Source of the DNA: Savitreella phatthalungensis | Taxonomy: Eukaryota | DNA length: 64,000 nt | Assembly (NCBI GenBank): GCA_051599415.1 | Contig: AP039690.1 | Location: 372,001-436,000, forward strand | Direction: 5' to 3' | Shown here: in pieces, positions 53,124-64,000 of the stretch | Layout of the letters: each line of letters begins with the position of its first letter | Numbering within the stretch: position 1 is the first letter of the stretch | The notes under the pieces: generated by a model | What the model saw: only the letters and a program-made list of their open reading frames with translations | The model's database searches: none | Told to the model about the DNA's origin: nothing | Translations under genes and position numbers: made by a program

Positions 53124-54254
53124 ATGGCAGCGACAGAGCGGCCTTCAACGCCGCCACCCGCAGCGATCAATGGTCGGGGTACGAGTTCGCCAAGGACGCC
53201 GCGTGCAAGCGCACGCAACGCTCCGACCAATCTTGACGCCACGCCCGAACACGTCCGCCGACTCGAGATGGATCGCTTGAAAGCGAAGCACAATCAACAG
53301 GAAGCAAATCGCGATCTTCCACTGGGACGGCCGCAGAAGCGTCAGCGTATGGATGAAAATGGTCGACTCGAGATCGACGCAAGCGTCGCCCTGCCGGTAA
53401 GGCAGTCAGAGCGGGCGGCGCTCGAGGCCGCTGAGCAAGTAGGAGGTGCTGCTGCTTCGGATGCGGTTGCAAACACGCGCGTGGGAGGCGGACAAGCTCA
53501 GCGGAAGCGGCGCGAGATCCCGTCGCTCGTCCAGTCGAGCTATATCGAGTACGACCTGAGCAAAATGAAGGACTCGAAGGGAGGCTTCATGGTGGACTCC
53601 GGAGGTCAGAATGGCGAAGGAGCTGATGGTGAAAAGATGGAGACGTGGCAGGAACGCCAGCAGCGTCGTCTCGAGGAATCACGCCGGCTGAATCCACCTA
53701 TCGCTGCTGATCCTTCGCAGCGGCCGCTCTGCTTCGAGTGCTCCCGACCCGAACTCGACTTCCAGTTCCTGCAGGTGTTTGGCGCTCGCGTCTGCCACGC
53801 CTGCAAACAGGCCAACCCAGACAAGTACTCGCTCCTGACAAAGACGGAGTGCAAAAACGACTACCTACTCACCGACCCTGAACTGAAAGACGAGGAACTG
53901 ATGCCACACCTGCTGAAGCCAAACCCACACAACACGACATACTCGAGCATGATGCTCTACCTACGGTACCAGGTCGAGGAGTTTGCATTCAAGAAATGGG
54001 GTGGTGGCGACGGTCTGGACGCTGAGTACGAGCGCCGGACGGAGGAGAAAAAGAAGAAGAAGGACAAGAAGTTCGAGCAGAAGCTGAAGGATCTCCGCCG
54101 TCGAACGCGCACAGCGAAATTCTCAAAAGCAGGAGCAAGGCGACTCGAGGCCAAACACGTCCACAACTTCCAAGACACCGCCCTTCAGAATGACGAAGGG
54201 CTTTCCGTCAGAGTCTGCGAATGCGGGATGCAATCTGAGGAGATCACACTGTAG
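53124..54254 (+). CDS. RAD14: Nucleotide excision repair protein Rad14/XPA
   Basis: YIEYDLSKMKDSKGGF, C4 zinc finger CFEC...CHAC, KYSLLTKTECKNDYLLTDPEL, KPNPH...MMLYLRYQVE, C-terminal HVH...CECG. Confidence 0.96.
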   Translation: MAATERPSTPPPAAINGRGTSSPRTPRASARNAPTNLDATPEHVRRLEMDRLKAKHNQQEANRDLPLGRPQKRQRMDENGRLEIDASVALPVRQSERAALEAAEQVGGAAASDAVANTRVGGGQAQRKRREIPSLVQSSYIEYDLSKMKDSKGGFMVDSGGQNGEGADGEKMETWQERQQRRLEESRRLNPPIAADPSQRPLCFECSRPELDFQFLQVFGARVCHACKQANPDKYSLLTKTECKNDYLLTDPELKDEELMPHLLKPNPHNTTYSSMMLYLRYQVEEFAFKKWGGGDGLDAEYERRTEEKKKKKDKKFEQKLKDLRRRTRTAKFSKAGARRLEAKHVHNFQDTALQNDEGLSVRVCECGMQSEEITL

Positions 54255-54320
54255 CCGTTCGCGACTGAGTTGATGCCATATATTTTCGTCCACTGATGTG
54301 GTCGATATATTGTATATTAA

Positions 54321-56312
54321 TCATTTGTGGCGACGTTTTCCGTCGTGCTTCGCTTCGCTCCTCTGTCGTCCATCTTTGGAGGTCTCTTTGAGCTCGGATG
54401 CGTGATATTGCTTGAGCGCGGACTGCGCTTCTCTGAGTATTTCCGAGAGTGTTTTATTGTTGTCGGCTTTGATTGCAGCGTCGATGGAAGCCGTTTCAAA
54501 TGGATCGCCACCATCATTTTTGGCCAGTGGCGAAAGTCCTCGATCACTGTTCGACCTTGGAGAAGTGGCGGTGATTGTCGTCAGATCCAGCTGAGGACCT
54601 GCGAGAGAACTTCGGCTGCTTGACGACGCTTTCCGAGGGAGAGGCAAGGAAGTCCGTGATCCGAGCCCAACTTCAGACTTCATACGCCGGATGAGCTCGT
54701 GAGCGGCGGGGTCATCTGCTGCGGTCTCAGTCACTTCATCGAGCGGCTTGTCCGTGGCCGTGGTCGATGCCTGTGATTTCGTGTCATCGTCCGGGTGTCT
54801 ATGCATCCCAGCCGATTCCTCATCACTATTCTCGCCCGAAATCTCTTCTTTGCTGGGACCGAATAGGCCGAGCAATCGAGAGACCTCGGCAGGATCAACA
54901 CTACTTGCGTCGGAACCTTTGCGCACCCCCGCGTGACCAGGTGGAGAGGTCGTCGGCGCAGACGGCATCAAGGCGGCAAATGCATCGTCAGAATCCGCCT
55001 CTGCAACCTCCTCCTGCAATGCCAGCTCTTCCTCGCTAGCCTCGCTAGGACTGGCCGAGGCTTCATCCGACGACGGCTCGGACGATACAGCTGGAAAGTT
55101 CAATTCGTGATTGACTTCCGGTGCTCGTGCTGGCTCGGGCACGCGAGTTGCTTCGCGAGGAGTGTTTTGCTTGACAGGCTCAGGCCATGCAGGTCCTTCA
55201 TCTTCATGTCCAGTCGTTGGTGAATCATGCAACGGCACGGGGGAGACGTCCTGTAATGAGTCTGCGTCATTTGTGGATTTCCGCTGTAAATCTGGTCTCA
55301 AAGCGCTCGATTCGACGTCCAGGTCTTCCGCGGCAATGCGATTACACTTGCAGACTAGCCAGTACTGGATCTTGCTAGGCTCGAGAGGCTTGCTATGCAA
55401 TCTCCCAGACAACAGCCTTCCCGGGAGGCCTGGCCGAAGCGGGGTCCGACTTGCGAGGCGTGTGCCTGAGGGCGGTCGCCAGAGATTGCTGCGACCTTTG
55501 TCGAACTCTTCAGCAGTCGCTTCATCAAGATGCATACTAATCATGCTGTCTAGGCGAACGATGGCATCGTACCGGAATGCTCGACAGACCACAGGTGCCA
55601 TCAGGTCCTGATCGCTTGCAACCAGCTGGAGCATTGTCCGGATGCATGCTTGCGTACGTCCAGCATCGCCAGCATCTCCAGCTGCTGCATTGAATAGGGT
55701 CAGAAGGATCTCATGTGCTAGTGCCAGACCGAGCTGCTGCCGGAAGAATGCTCGCGTATGGTCATCCTTGCAGCTTCGCTGCACTGTCTCTATGGCGGCT
55801 GTAACAGCATCGAAAGAGCCTTCTGCTGTCGTCAAACCGACGAGGTCTAGAGACTCGATCTGCCACGTTATCTCTCGCAATCGTTCAAGCTTCGATTTCA
55901 GAATTGAACTGTCTTCCTGTAGCTGCCGCCACATCTTGGCAGATACGCGACGATTGATTGTCGCAAGGCGATCTTGGGTCGCATCGAAAGCGTCACTGAG
56001 CTCTTGAATCTGCTTCTCGATCGATGTGAGAGGTAGAGCGAGGTCAGGTTTCACGGAGACCTTTGCCTGAAGGTCCCTGTCGACAGCTACAATTTGCGAT
56101 GTGGCTTTCGCGCTAGCCTTGATATCAGGAACAATAGAAAGCTGATCTCGGAGGTCCTTGACTACAGCTTCCAATTCATCGACTGAGCGAAGTAGCTCAT
56201 GCTGACTTGGTCGGGTAGACGCTGCTCCGAGGATGGCGGTCCGCAGATCAAAGAGCAGTTTGGCGCCTCGTGTTGTGGCTGCATCGAGACGCGCTACGCT
56301 TTCCCCAGACAT
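54321..56312 (-). CDS. Hypothetical protein: helical/coiled-coil N-terminal half, acidic disordered C-terminal half
   Basis: 663-codon ATG ORF filling an otherwise empty interval; no family recognised. Confidence 0.75.
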   Translation of the reverse strand: MSGESVARLDAATTRGAKLLFDLRTAILGAASTRPSQHELLRSVDELEAVVKDLRDQLSIVPDIKASAKATSQIVAVDRDLQAKVSVKPDLALPLTSIEKQIQELSDAFDATQDRLATINRRVSAKMWRQLQEDSSILKSKLERLREITWQIESLDLVGLTTAEGSFDAVTAAIETVQRSCKDDHTRAFFRQQLGLALAHEILLTLFNAAAGDAGDAGRTQACIRTMLQLVASDQDLMAPVVCRAFRYDAIVRLDSMISMHLDEATAEEFDKGRSNLWRPPSGTRLASRTPLRPGLPGRLLSGRLHSKPLEPSKIQYWLVCKCNRIAAEDLDVESSALRPDLQRKSTNDADSLQDVSPVPLHDSPTTGHEDEGPAWPEPVKQNTPREATRVPEPARAPEVNHELNFPAVSSEPSSDEASASPSEASEEELALQEEVAEADSDDAFAALMPSAPTTSPPGHAGVRKGSDASSVDPAEVSRLLGLFGPSKEEISGENSDEESAGMHRHPDDDTKSQASTTATDKPLDEVTETAADDPAAHELIRRMKSEVGLGSRTSLPLPRKASSSSRSSLAGPQLDLTTITATSPRSNSDRGLSPLAKNDGGDPFETASIDAAIKADNNKTLSEILREAQSALKQYHASELKETSKDGRQRSEAKHDGKRRHK

Positions 56313-57054
56313 CTACAGCCAATACTCGTGGCTTCAATGCATCATTGTTTGAAGCAAGGGTTCAATAGAAACCTGACCGAGACAGATTTAAGCAGGCCAG
56401 AACAGTGCAGAGCAAGGCGAGTCAGAAGACGTCCCTCGAGCTAGGATGGTAATGTTGCTTCCGAGTTCTGCATTCAGGCGTGTCTTGTATCATTACAGTA
56501 GAAATGGAGAGAGAGCAGCAGCTTAGTAGAATGTGCATTCAAATTGTGCGGTAGACCTTTCTGTATCACGTGTATCGTTGCAGGCTTCGAAGCTCTAAAT
56601 TTAGAAATCCAGATATCCATATCAATAAAATAAATTGAGTTTGAGATTCTAAATTTAATTTATCTAAAAGACATCGAAAGTTGTTATTTTCCCTTTTAAA
56701 TCTCGGTTCAGATTGATCAACTGTCAATTGCAAGTACATGGCAACAGGTTTCTACTGTAAACAAATCACAATCAATCCATCACAGTTGACGTGAATCAAC
56801 GGACGCACGCACACACTAACTCTCTGACCCGCACGCAAGCACGCACGCAAGCACACGCTATCACTGGTTCTGATCCTCGGAGTCAGCAGCTGCCCACAAA
56901 GCATACAGCTGATGAGTATCAGACACTTCAATCATTGAGGCTTACCACTTCTCCACCAACTCCACCATCACATAGAAGTTGTATCATGCTATAGAAAAAG
57001 ATCTACAACGTCCACTAGTTTAGTCACATACCTGTACAGCACTCCACTCTTCTC

Positions 57055-60000
57055 ATGAGTCGCTCACCTTCACGGCCAGCTTCGCCTGGTACAATCACTA
57101 CAGTGTCGACCAACACAGCAGCATCTTCTAGATCACCTGTAAGACCACCCAGCTATCTGTCAGATCTTGAGCGGGACTCCAGCCCGCTCAGAGCCCCGAG
57201 GCTCAACACTAGACTCAGGGACTCATCTCCAACACCAACCTATAGCTCAAGGTACACATCGCCCATTCGAGCAGTATCCCCAGACGGATCTCACGTGAGA
57301 TATGCAACGCCCCCGCCGCAGATTCGACCTTCATCACCAACGCCTCGTTCACCGTCTCGATTGTCTGGCATGGCAGAATCTTCAATTTCGCTAGTCAGCG
57401 CCCCAGGCTCCGAGCGACAATCGCGTATGAAGGTTCGCAGATTGAGTGAGATTGCAGCACCGGTCCTCGTTCCATCGCCGCTGCCACGAGCGAGCTCTAC
57501 CAGTCCCAACCGGATCGTTGGTGCTCGTCCACCGCCCAGCCCGCTGAATCGTTCTGCTTCTCCAGACACTGCCATTCGATTTTCTCTCGCCAATCCGTCT
57601 CAGGACACCCTGCTTAACGACAGCTACCCGCTTCAGCAGGAGACACCACGCCGAGGCCGTTACGCAGACGCTGCTGATGAGAAACTGCAGAAGTACATCC
57701 AGGAGTATTCGACAATGCCAGACACGGATGACGAGGATGAGGATCCAGCTTTCAACATCAAAGCTGAAACCTTGTCTATCGGAGGAATCTCGCTGACGGA
57801 AACATGCGACTCGCAGCAGGAGGAGATCTATGCACCCCTGCCCTCGGGCGCCCAGACCCGTCGTAAAGGTGCAGCAAAGAGCAAGACGACAACTGAGATC
57901 GAGCTGACCCAAGGCAATCTGGTCATCGACTGTCCGGTCCCAGATCGTCTACGGAACCTACTTGCTCGCCGCGACTCAGAGGAATTTACACACATGCGCT
58001 ACACAGCCTGTACGTCCTCGCCGGATGACTTTGCCCGCGACGGGTTCAAACTCCGTCAAGCCGAAGCAGGACGCGAGACCGAGCTCTTCGTCGTCTGCAC
58101 CATGTACAACGAAGACGAAGTCCTCTTCACGCGCACATTGCATGGCGTCATGAAGAACGTGGCGCACCTGTGTTCACGGTCAAAATCACGGACCTGGGGA
58201 GCCCAAGGCTGGAAGAAAGTGGTCGTGTGTATCGTCAGTGACGGTCGTCTGAATGTACATCCGCGTGTCCTCGACTGTCTCGCTGCCATCGGTGTCTACC
58301 AGGACGGCGTGGCACAGCAAACCGTCGATGGTCAGCCAGTCAAGGCACACATCTATGAGTACACCACGCAGTTCTCCCTTGACTCTAATCTTCACTTCAA
58401 GGGTGGTGACAAGGGTATCGTCCCTGTCCAGATCATGTTCTGCCTCAAAGAGCACAACGCCAAAAAGCTCAATTCTCACCGTTGGTTCTTCAACGCGTTC
58501 GCACCAATTCTCAACCCGAACGTGTGTGTTCTACTTGACGTCGGTACCAGGCCTGGACCAGACTCGATCTACAGGCTATGGAAGGCATTCGACCTGGACT
58601 CGAACGTCGCCGGTGCCTGCGGGGAGATCAAAATCATGAAAGGCAAGGCCTGGGGCAATCTGCTGAACCCGCTTGTCGCATCTCAGAACTTTGAGTACAA
58701 GATGAGCAACATTCTCGACAAGCCGTTCGAGTCCGTGTTCGGCTACATCTCCGTCCTGCCTGGCGCGTTCTCCGCCTACCGATATGTTGCTCTTGCCGGC
58801 GACGAGATGGGCAGAGGTCCGCTAGACTCGTACTTCCAAGGCGAAGCATTTGACATGTCAGCTGGCGTGTTCGAGAAGAACATGTATCTTGCTGAGGATC
58901 GCATCCTCTGCTGGGAGCTCGTCGCACGGCGAGAGGCGTCCTGGGTACTCAAGTACGTCTGCGAGGCGTATGGCGAAACAGACTGTCCTGACACGATCGC
59001 CGAGCTCGTCGGTCAGCGTCGTCGCTGGCTGAACGGCGCCACCTTCGCAGCAGCCTTTGCCCTCTGGCACTTCCGTCAGATCTGGTCGACCAACCACTCC
59101 AGCATGCGCAAGGTCCTCTTCCACTTCGAATTTGCTTACCAGGCAGTCGTCCTCCTCTACACCTTCTTCGGTCTCGGCAACTTCTACCTCACCTTCTTCT
59201 TCGTCACGCAGTCATTCGGCGAGCGATTCAAGGCCGCCTCGTACATCTTTGTCGTTCTCAGATACCTGTGTATCATGGTCACAGCCGGGCAATTTATCCT
59301 GGCACTCGGCAACCGGCCAAAGGGCGCAAAATCGCTCTTCCTGATATCCCTGTGCGTGTACGCGGTCATCATGGTCTATACCCTCTGCTGCAGCACCTAC
59401 CTCGGCATCGATGCCATTCTGACCAATGTCCATCAAGGCCAGTCGCTCCTGCTGAACCAGAAGTACGCAAACCTCCTGGTCGGCGCACTCTCGACCTCCG
59501 GCATCTACTTTGTCGCCTCCTTCCTCTACCTCGACCCGTGGCACATGTTCTCGAGCTTCGGGCAGTACATGGTACTCCTGCCATTCTACCTCTGCACGCT
59601 GACGATCTTCGCCTTCTGCAACATCCATGATATCTCGTGGGGCACGAAGGAGGAGGATGTGGTTGCGCCTGCTCTACCGACGGCCGTTGTCACCTCGATT
59701 GCAGGCGACAAGGTCAAGGTCGAGATGCTGTCACGGCCGGACAAGGAGTCTGCGTATGATGATGCGCTGACGAATCTGCGTCTCCGCAGACCGAAGCACT
59801 CGAGTGATGTCGCGATCCCGGCTCAGTCGACTGAGGACTATTTCAAGGAGATCAGGACGCGCGTGGTCATGGTCTGGCTGGTGTGCAACCTGACGCTGGC
59901 CATGGCCGTATCCGGATACTACGATGGCCACCAGTCAGGTCAGAATCTGTACCTATCGATCGTCATGTACTCCGTTGTCGTCCTTGCAGCAGTCAGATTT

Positions 60001-60147
60001 GCGGGATCACTGGTCTACCTCGTCCTCAACCTGATTCAGTCCGTCGGCAGGAGAAAATCCGTTGCCACCCAGTTCAAAGAGCAGATGCCAGCCGTCAAGA
60101 CCAAAGCACAATTCTGGAAGCGCAACAGATTGCCAGGCGACGACTGA
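57055..60147 (+). CDS. Chitin synthase, division 1 (class I/II-like)
   Basis: [79 protein letters not shown]-terminal TMs. Confidence 0.97.
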   Translation: MSRSPSRPASPGTITTVSTNTAASSRSPVRPPSYLSDLERDSSPLRAPRLNTRLRDSSPTPTYSSRYTSPIRAVSPDGSHVRYATPPPQIRPSSPTPRSPSRLSGMAESSISLVSAPGSERQSRMKVRRLSEIAAPVLVPSPLPRASSTSPNRIVGARPPPSPLNRSASPDTAIRFSLANPSQDTLLNDSYPLQQETPRRGRYADAADEKLQKYIQEYSTMPDTDDEDEDPAFNIKAETLSIGGISLTETCDSQQEEIYAPLPSGAQTRRKGAAKSKTTTEIELTQGNLVIDCPVPDRLRNLLARRDSEEFTHMRYTACTSSPDDFARDGFKLRQAEAGRETELFVVCTMYNEDEVLFTRTLHGVMKNVAHLCSRSKSRTWGAQGWKKVVVCIVSDGRLNVHPRVLDCLAAIGVYQDGVAQQTVDGQPVKAHIYEYTTQFSLDSNLHFKGGDKGIVPVQIMFCLKEHNAKKLNSHRWFFNAFAPILNPNVCVLLDVGTRPGPDSIYRLWKAFDLDSNVAGACGEIKIMKGKAWGNLLNPLVASQNFEYKMSNILDKPFESVFGYISVLPGAFSAYRYVALAGDEMGRGPLDSYFQGEAFDMSAGVFEKNMYLAEDRILCWELVARREASWVLKYVCEAYGETDCPDTIAELVGQRRRWLNGATFAAAFALWHFRQIWSTNHSSMRKVLFHFEFAYQAVVLLYTFFGLGNFYLTFFFVTQSFGERFKAASYIFVVLRYLCIMVTAGQFILALGNRPKGAKSLFLISLCVYAVIMVYTLCCSTYLGIDAILTNVHQGQSLLLNQKYANLLVGALSTSGIYFVASFLYLDPWHMFSSFGQYMVLLPFYLCTLTIFAFCNIHDISWGTKEEDVVAPALPTAVVTSIAGDKVKVEMLSRPDKESAYDDALTNLRLRRPKHSSDVAIPAQSTEDYFKEIRTRVVMVWLVCNLTLAMAVSGYYDGHQSGQNLYLSIVMYSVVVLAAVRFAGSLVYLVLNLIQSVGRRKSVATQFKEQMPAVKTKAQFWKRNRLPGDD

Positions 60148-60308
60148 GAAGCCATTGGGCCAACTACCCGATCACTCCTTATCAGTGTTCAAACACAATT
60201 GTTACGTATATTCACATCACGCAAATGCAAAGACATCTAGTAATACAGTAAACGTTATGTCTATCGTCGCGCGGCGATAGTGACTTTTTTCACTTCGCAG
60301 CTGAGGCA

Positions 60309-60959
60309 TCATGAGGCTGCCGTGGCCTTTGGCTCTTCTGTTACGCCGTCCTCCGGCAGGAACTCCGGCGGTGCACCGTCGACAGCACTCGATAGATATG
60401 ACAGTCCCGCGCCTGTCTCTGTCTCCTGCAAGCCAAAACCTTCCTCCGCAAGAGCATCCAATTCAGCCTCAAGTTCCTCCTCGTCAATATCGTCACCAAG
60501 GTCGTACACGTTCCTGCCCATGACGGCAGAGAGTTCGTTCGCGCTCTCGATCAAGTCTGCCATTTCGTCCTGGAGGCGCTCTACCTTGTCAATGTCGATC
60601 TTGCCGTACTCCTTCTTGAGTGCCTTGTTGGCGTGCTGCATGGCTGTGACGGTGGTCATGGTGTTGCGCATGTTCTCTGTCGTCAAGTTGGCCTGCTCCA
60701 TGTTGAACGACTGCTGTGTCAACTGATCCAGCTGCGCCTCGTACATCTTCTTCTGACGGAGCACGCCGAGAGCGCGCTTCTTCGCGGCCTCCAGCGCGGC
60801 ACCACGCAAACGCGACATCCGCTGCTGATGCGTACCGAGCTCGATGTCCAGCTTGTGGATCTTCACCTGGATCGCATCAGCACGCGCATCCGTCGCTGCA
60901 ATCGCATCCGCGAGCGATGGTGTCGGCGCGGCCTTCCGCGTACCGAAGATCCGATTCAT
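60309..60959 (-). CDS. VPS60: ESCRT-III Snf7-family protein Vps60/CHMP5
   Basis: MNRIFG, KKRALGVLRQKKMYEAQLDQLTQQSFNMEQA, IDIDKVERLQDEMADL, DIDEEELEAELDAL. Confidence 0.95.
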   Translation of the reverse strand: MNRIFGTRKAAPTPSLADAIAATDARADAIQVKIHKLDIELGTHQQRMSRLRGAALEAAKKRALGVLRQKKMYEAQLDQLTQQSFNMEQANLTTENMRNTMTTVTAMQHANKALKKEYGKIDIDKVERLQDEMADLIESANELSAVMGRNVYDLGDDIDEEELEAELDALAEEGFGLQETETGAGLSYLSSAVDGAPPEFLPEDGVTEEPKATAAS

Positions 60960-61765
60960 CCGGCCGATTCGAACCTTCCTGGGACGTTCAAAGCTCTAGA
61001 GTCCCCCCGGGCTCAGGTCAGCTTATAAGCGTCGAGCGTTGAGCGTTGGTGGGGAAACAATTGGTTGACGATGGTACGCTCGCAGGACTTCAAGAGAGCT
61101 GTTTGTGTATATGTATGAAAGTGTGATCCAGAGAACAGTGCACACGTGCACTGCATTGTTCACTATCAGAAGAAGGGCATCCAAGCCACAGTGTGGCAAT
61201 CGAGCGTAGCGATCTTAAGCGCTCGCTCCGTCGCGGCATGGATTTGGACTGCTCGGGCTAATCCATGACTTAGACAATACATAAGTCTTCTCACTCTCGA
61301 GTCGGCTGACTGAGCTATGGAGAGACCCATGGGATTGCCGACAAGCTCCCCCGTACGCTTGCATGACCAGGGCATTGGTGTATGATCCTTGCACACACAA
61401 ATTTCCGTGCATTGGTTCAATCGTTCGATTAGCTCTACACAATGTATAGCCAGCCCAGGTCAGAATATTCCTTCTCTTCATGTTGTAATCGTGCATGCAA
61501 TTTTCAACCTCAATAGATATAATCTATGAAATCATATCTGTCCAATCTAACACAAAACTAATCCAGGCTGGATATCTATCAGCTGGATTTCCAGGATCAG
61601 CGCTAACTATAATCGACAGCCTCCCTCTATCTCACACCATGATCACCAAAGACGTCCCAAGCATAAGTACCATTGATAGACGCGGTGCTCGAGGATAGAC
61701 AATCTTTACTGCGCATACCTACTGTTATCACGCTCTCAGCTCAATTGGTGACCGCATCTTTATCA

Positions 61766-62608
61766 ATGGATCCATTCACCGTCACTTCGCGAGTGAACGG
61801 CCGTATTGAGGAGATTAGCATTCCTCTTCACGATAACTCAGCACCCGCGCAGCACGCGCAAAACCAGAGTCGCGCAGCCTACACCCGTCGTCGCGTCCAC
61901 AGACATGATGGTGGAGGCATATTTGAATTTGCCTCTTCCTCAGACTTCAATTCTCGCGAAGGCTCACGCCGGCGGAGGCGCAGCGAGAATGCTCAACTTC
62001 TCGGTTGTCCTGCTCGCGTTGATCCATCTCCTGAAGATTGGGATATCCGTGCAACCCACCAGCACAAGCGTCAGGTAATTTCGTGGGAGCGCGCGCTTGA
62101 GATCGATCCAACTGCGCTGCGGTCCAAATTTACGCACGACCGTAAATCTGTCGGAACAAGCGCGGACGGCAGTGCCCCACAGACTCCGCGACTCTCTCGT
62201 GCACTCCGCCATGAGCTGAAGCGACAGCATGCCTCCCCAGCATTCGTCCAGTCAATCGAGCAGGATGTGCGCGATGTCCTTTGTCCGCAGGATGCCGAGG
62301 CGGAGTACGATGTTGTGGACCCTATCAGCCATGGAGCAGATGATTCTGGCATTGAACTCGCCGCTGACGACAGCGCTCCCACACATGAAACACGCCTTGA
62401 CCGCCAGCAAGCGTCACATACGGTCCGGATTGCTATCCAAGCACCAAATGAGCGAGCTACAGCTTACCTCAGATACTTTGTCCATCTGATTTGCCAGTAC
62501 TATGGCCTCGAATCAGCATCAAAGGACTTTGGCTCGTCGCGCTATGCCTGCGTACAGCTTCGACCGACTTTCAAGCTCCCAGAGGTATGGTTTTGTCAGC
62601 TCTTGTAG
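61766..62608 (+). CDS. R3H-associated N-terminal domain protein with C-terminal R3H-like motif
   Basis: REGSRRRRRSENAQLLG...PSPEDW; YLRYFVHLICQYYGLESAS. Start set at ATG 61766. Confidence 0.75.
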   Translation: MDPFTVTSRVNGRIEEISIPLHDNSAPAQHAQNQSRAAYTRRRVHRHDGGGIFEFASSSDFNSREGSRRRRRSENAQLLGCPARVDPSPEDWDIRATHQHKRQVISWERALEIDPTALRSKFTHDRKSVGTSADGSAPQTPRLSRALRHELKRQHASPAFVQSIEQDVRDVLCPQDAEAEYDVVDPISHGADDSGIELAADDSAPTHETRLDRQQASHTVRIAIQAPNERATAYLRYFVHLICQYYGLESASKDFGSSRYACVQLRPTFKLPEVWFCQLL

Positions 62609-62838
62609 TCGTCTAGGATCCAGCTGTGAATAAGGATATGCCTTGGTCCTCTGTCGTGTTGATCAGCTCCATTGAGAGTTGTTTTTCACTCCTTGTGGCG
62701 AGCGATTTTTGGACCGCCTTCAGTATTCAGGGTGCTCAATGCACACCCGATGGATACTGTTCGTCCCATACATATTGATTGACTTGATGCATATGTCATG
62801 CTTTTCAGGACGCTGTGTAAGCTGTCATCACATCCATC

Positions 62839-64000
62839 ATGGAAGACGATTTGGTACTATGCTGCAACAATCTGAGATGTCGCAAAAGACTCGTTCATCA
62901 AGCGGTCACGACGGTGTGCGCTCATGTCTTCTGCCTCGAATGGTGAGTTTTATGATGCACTACACCCTCGGCACTAGCTCCTGACTCCGTACAGCGCCCA
63001 CGCTCAAATTGATGGACGCAGACTGTGCCCAGCCTGTAACGAACATCTAGCAACGGAAGACCAGATGGTTGTGTGCACACTCAATCCTGGCGAGTCAGTC
63101 TCATCAACCACAGCGAGAAGTCTTCGACTAACGACAACAGAGACTACAAGACAGTAAGCATCAATCTCGAGAGATGTTCGCATATGATTGACGCCTTTAG
63201 ACGGTGTTGGCAGGCCTTGCGCCTCGCGTTATTGTGGAGATCCTCCGCAGGGCGATGAGCTTCTGGTCTTACCAGGTCGGCGGTGAGATGTAAGATCGTT
63301 GGCGCATGGTTTATCTTCCTCTGACTGACCGGCAGTACACTTCGTGATGAGGATGTGGCGGCGCTTCAAGAAGAGATCGGACGACTCAACAAGGAAAAGA
63401 AAAAGCTTTCGATCAAAGCTCAGCAGAGCATTGAGGAGCATCGTCAGGCAGCAGAGCGACTTCGCTCAGATAACGACGCTGTACGTGCAGCTTGCAACGA
63501 AGCCTTGACCAAGCTCCATGAGCGTGAGGCGGACTATCAAAAGCTCCAAGTAATTTCACATTGTACTCTTTGGTGAAAGAAACTAATATCTCAGAATGCG
63601 CATGAGAAGCTGCAACGTAAGACAGCTGCACATCGTGCCGTTGGCCCAGCGACAATTTCGGATGAAGATGCTCCTTTGTACGCCGGTAATGCCAAAGCTG
63701 GTAAGCCACAAGTCGTCACGATACCATCGAAGCTAATTCGACGTACAGCTCGCCACGAGCCTGTTTCTTACACTCATCAGCGCATCGCGAGTCACGCTCT
63801 ACCGTCTAGGATGTCACAACCGCAGATGGCTCCAGGCAGTATTGTCGCTGGTACGAGCGCAGCCGCAGGCGTGCATCATCCTCGTCCGCTCGTAAATACA
63901 CTCCACCGCCCTCCAGCCATGGGCCCGCCTGCACCACCGGCACCTGCACATCTCGATCGTCGTATCACTTCCGCTTCACCAATGATGGCGACCCGTCAGC
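62839..64000 (+). CDS. HEI10: Meiotic RING E3 ligase HEI10/CCNB1IP1 (3' end outside window); exons 62839-62942, 62995-63093, 63141-63153, 63201-63289, 63336-63549, 63595-63700, 63749->64000
   Basis: Spliced product MEDDLVLCCNNLRCRKRL...AVTTVCAHVFCLECA...CPAC...LNPGEDYKTTVLAGLAPRVIVEILRRAMSFWSYQ followed by coiled coil. All six introns are GT-AG, 45-52 nt, with branch-like motifs, and phases are consistent. Confidence 0.88.

Noticed and set aside
1..64000. Transposons, tRNA/rRNA genes, CRISPR arrays, telomeric repeats, secondary-metabolite cluster
   Set aside because: No transposase or reverse transcriptase motifs, LTR/TIR pairs, cloverleafs, spaced repeats, TTAGGG arrays or PKS/NRPS domains seen by eye. 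Small RNAs could have been missed without tools.

Overview
Gene-dense eukaryotic (fungal) genomic DNA with about 36 protein-coding genes. Most are intronless; the few introns are short (45-85 nt, GT...CTRAY-like branch...YAG). Compactness, intron architecture and gene content suggest an early-diverging ascomycete such as Taphrinomycotina (inference only). Most genes are housekeeping: BRF1 (partial), cystathionine gamma-synthase, Psk1-like kinase, Rab-GAP, GDI1, RTR1, histidine phosphatase, RKM5-like methyltransferase, MSP1, LYR protein, COA8, MUS81, BBC1, SET3-like, CMC2, QCR9, LysM protein, MFS transporter, kinesin-6, NAPE-PLD, PUP2, PER1, MRPS16, MRPL31, RAD14, chitin synthase and VPS60. I reconstructed six spliced genes that the ORF track misses or mis-calls: NDT80-like, SET3, QCR9, a small secreted protein, MRPL31, and a HEI10 with six introns and a 13-nt micro-exon. 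I recognised no tRNA, rRNA, transposon or CRISPR. Best leads: (1) AT-rich islands about every 8-12 kb sharing an AATTTAGA/GAATTTA motif (candidate origins or boundaries); (2) a hairpin-rich non-coding interval near 39.5-40.0 kb (candidate ncRNA); (3) CMC2 and a methyltransferase only 29 nt apart on one strand (candidate bicistronic locus); (4) introns concentrated in meiotic genes; (5) an orphan secreted protein and a jacalin-like orphan. None is a demonstrated new system. All family calls come from motif recognition, not database searches.
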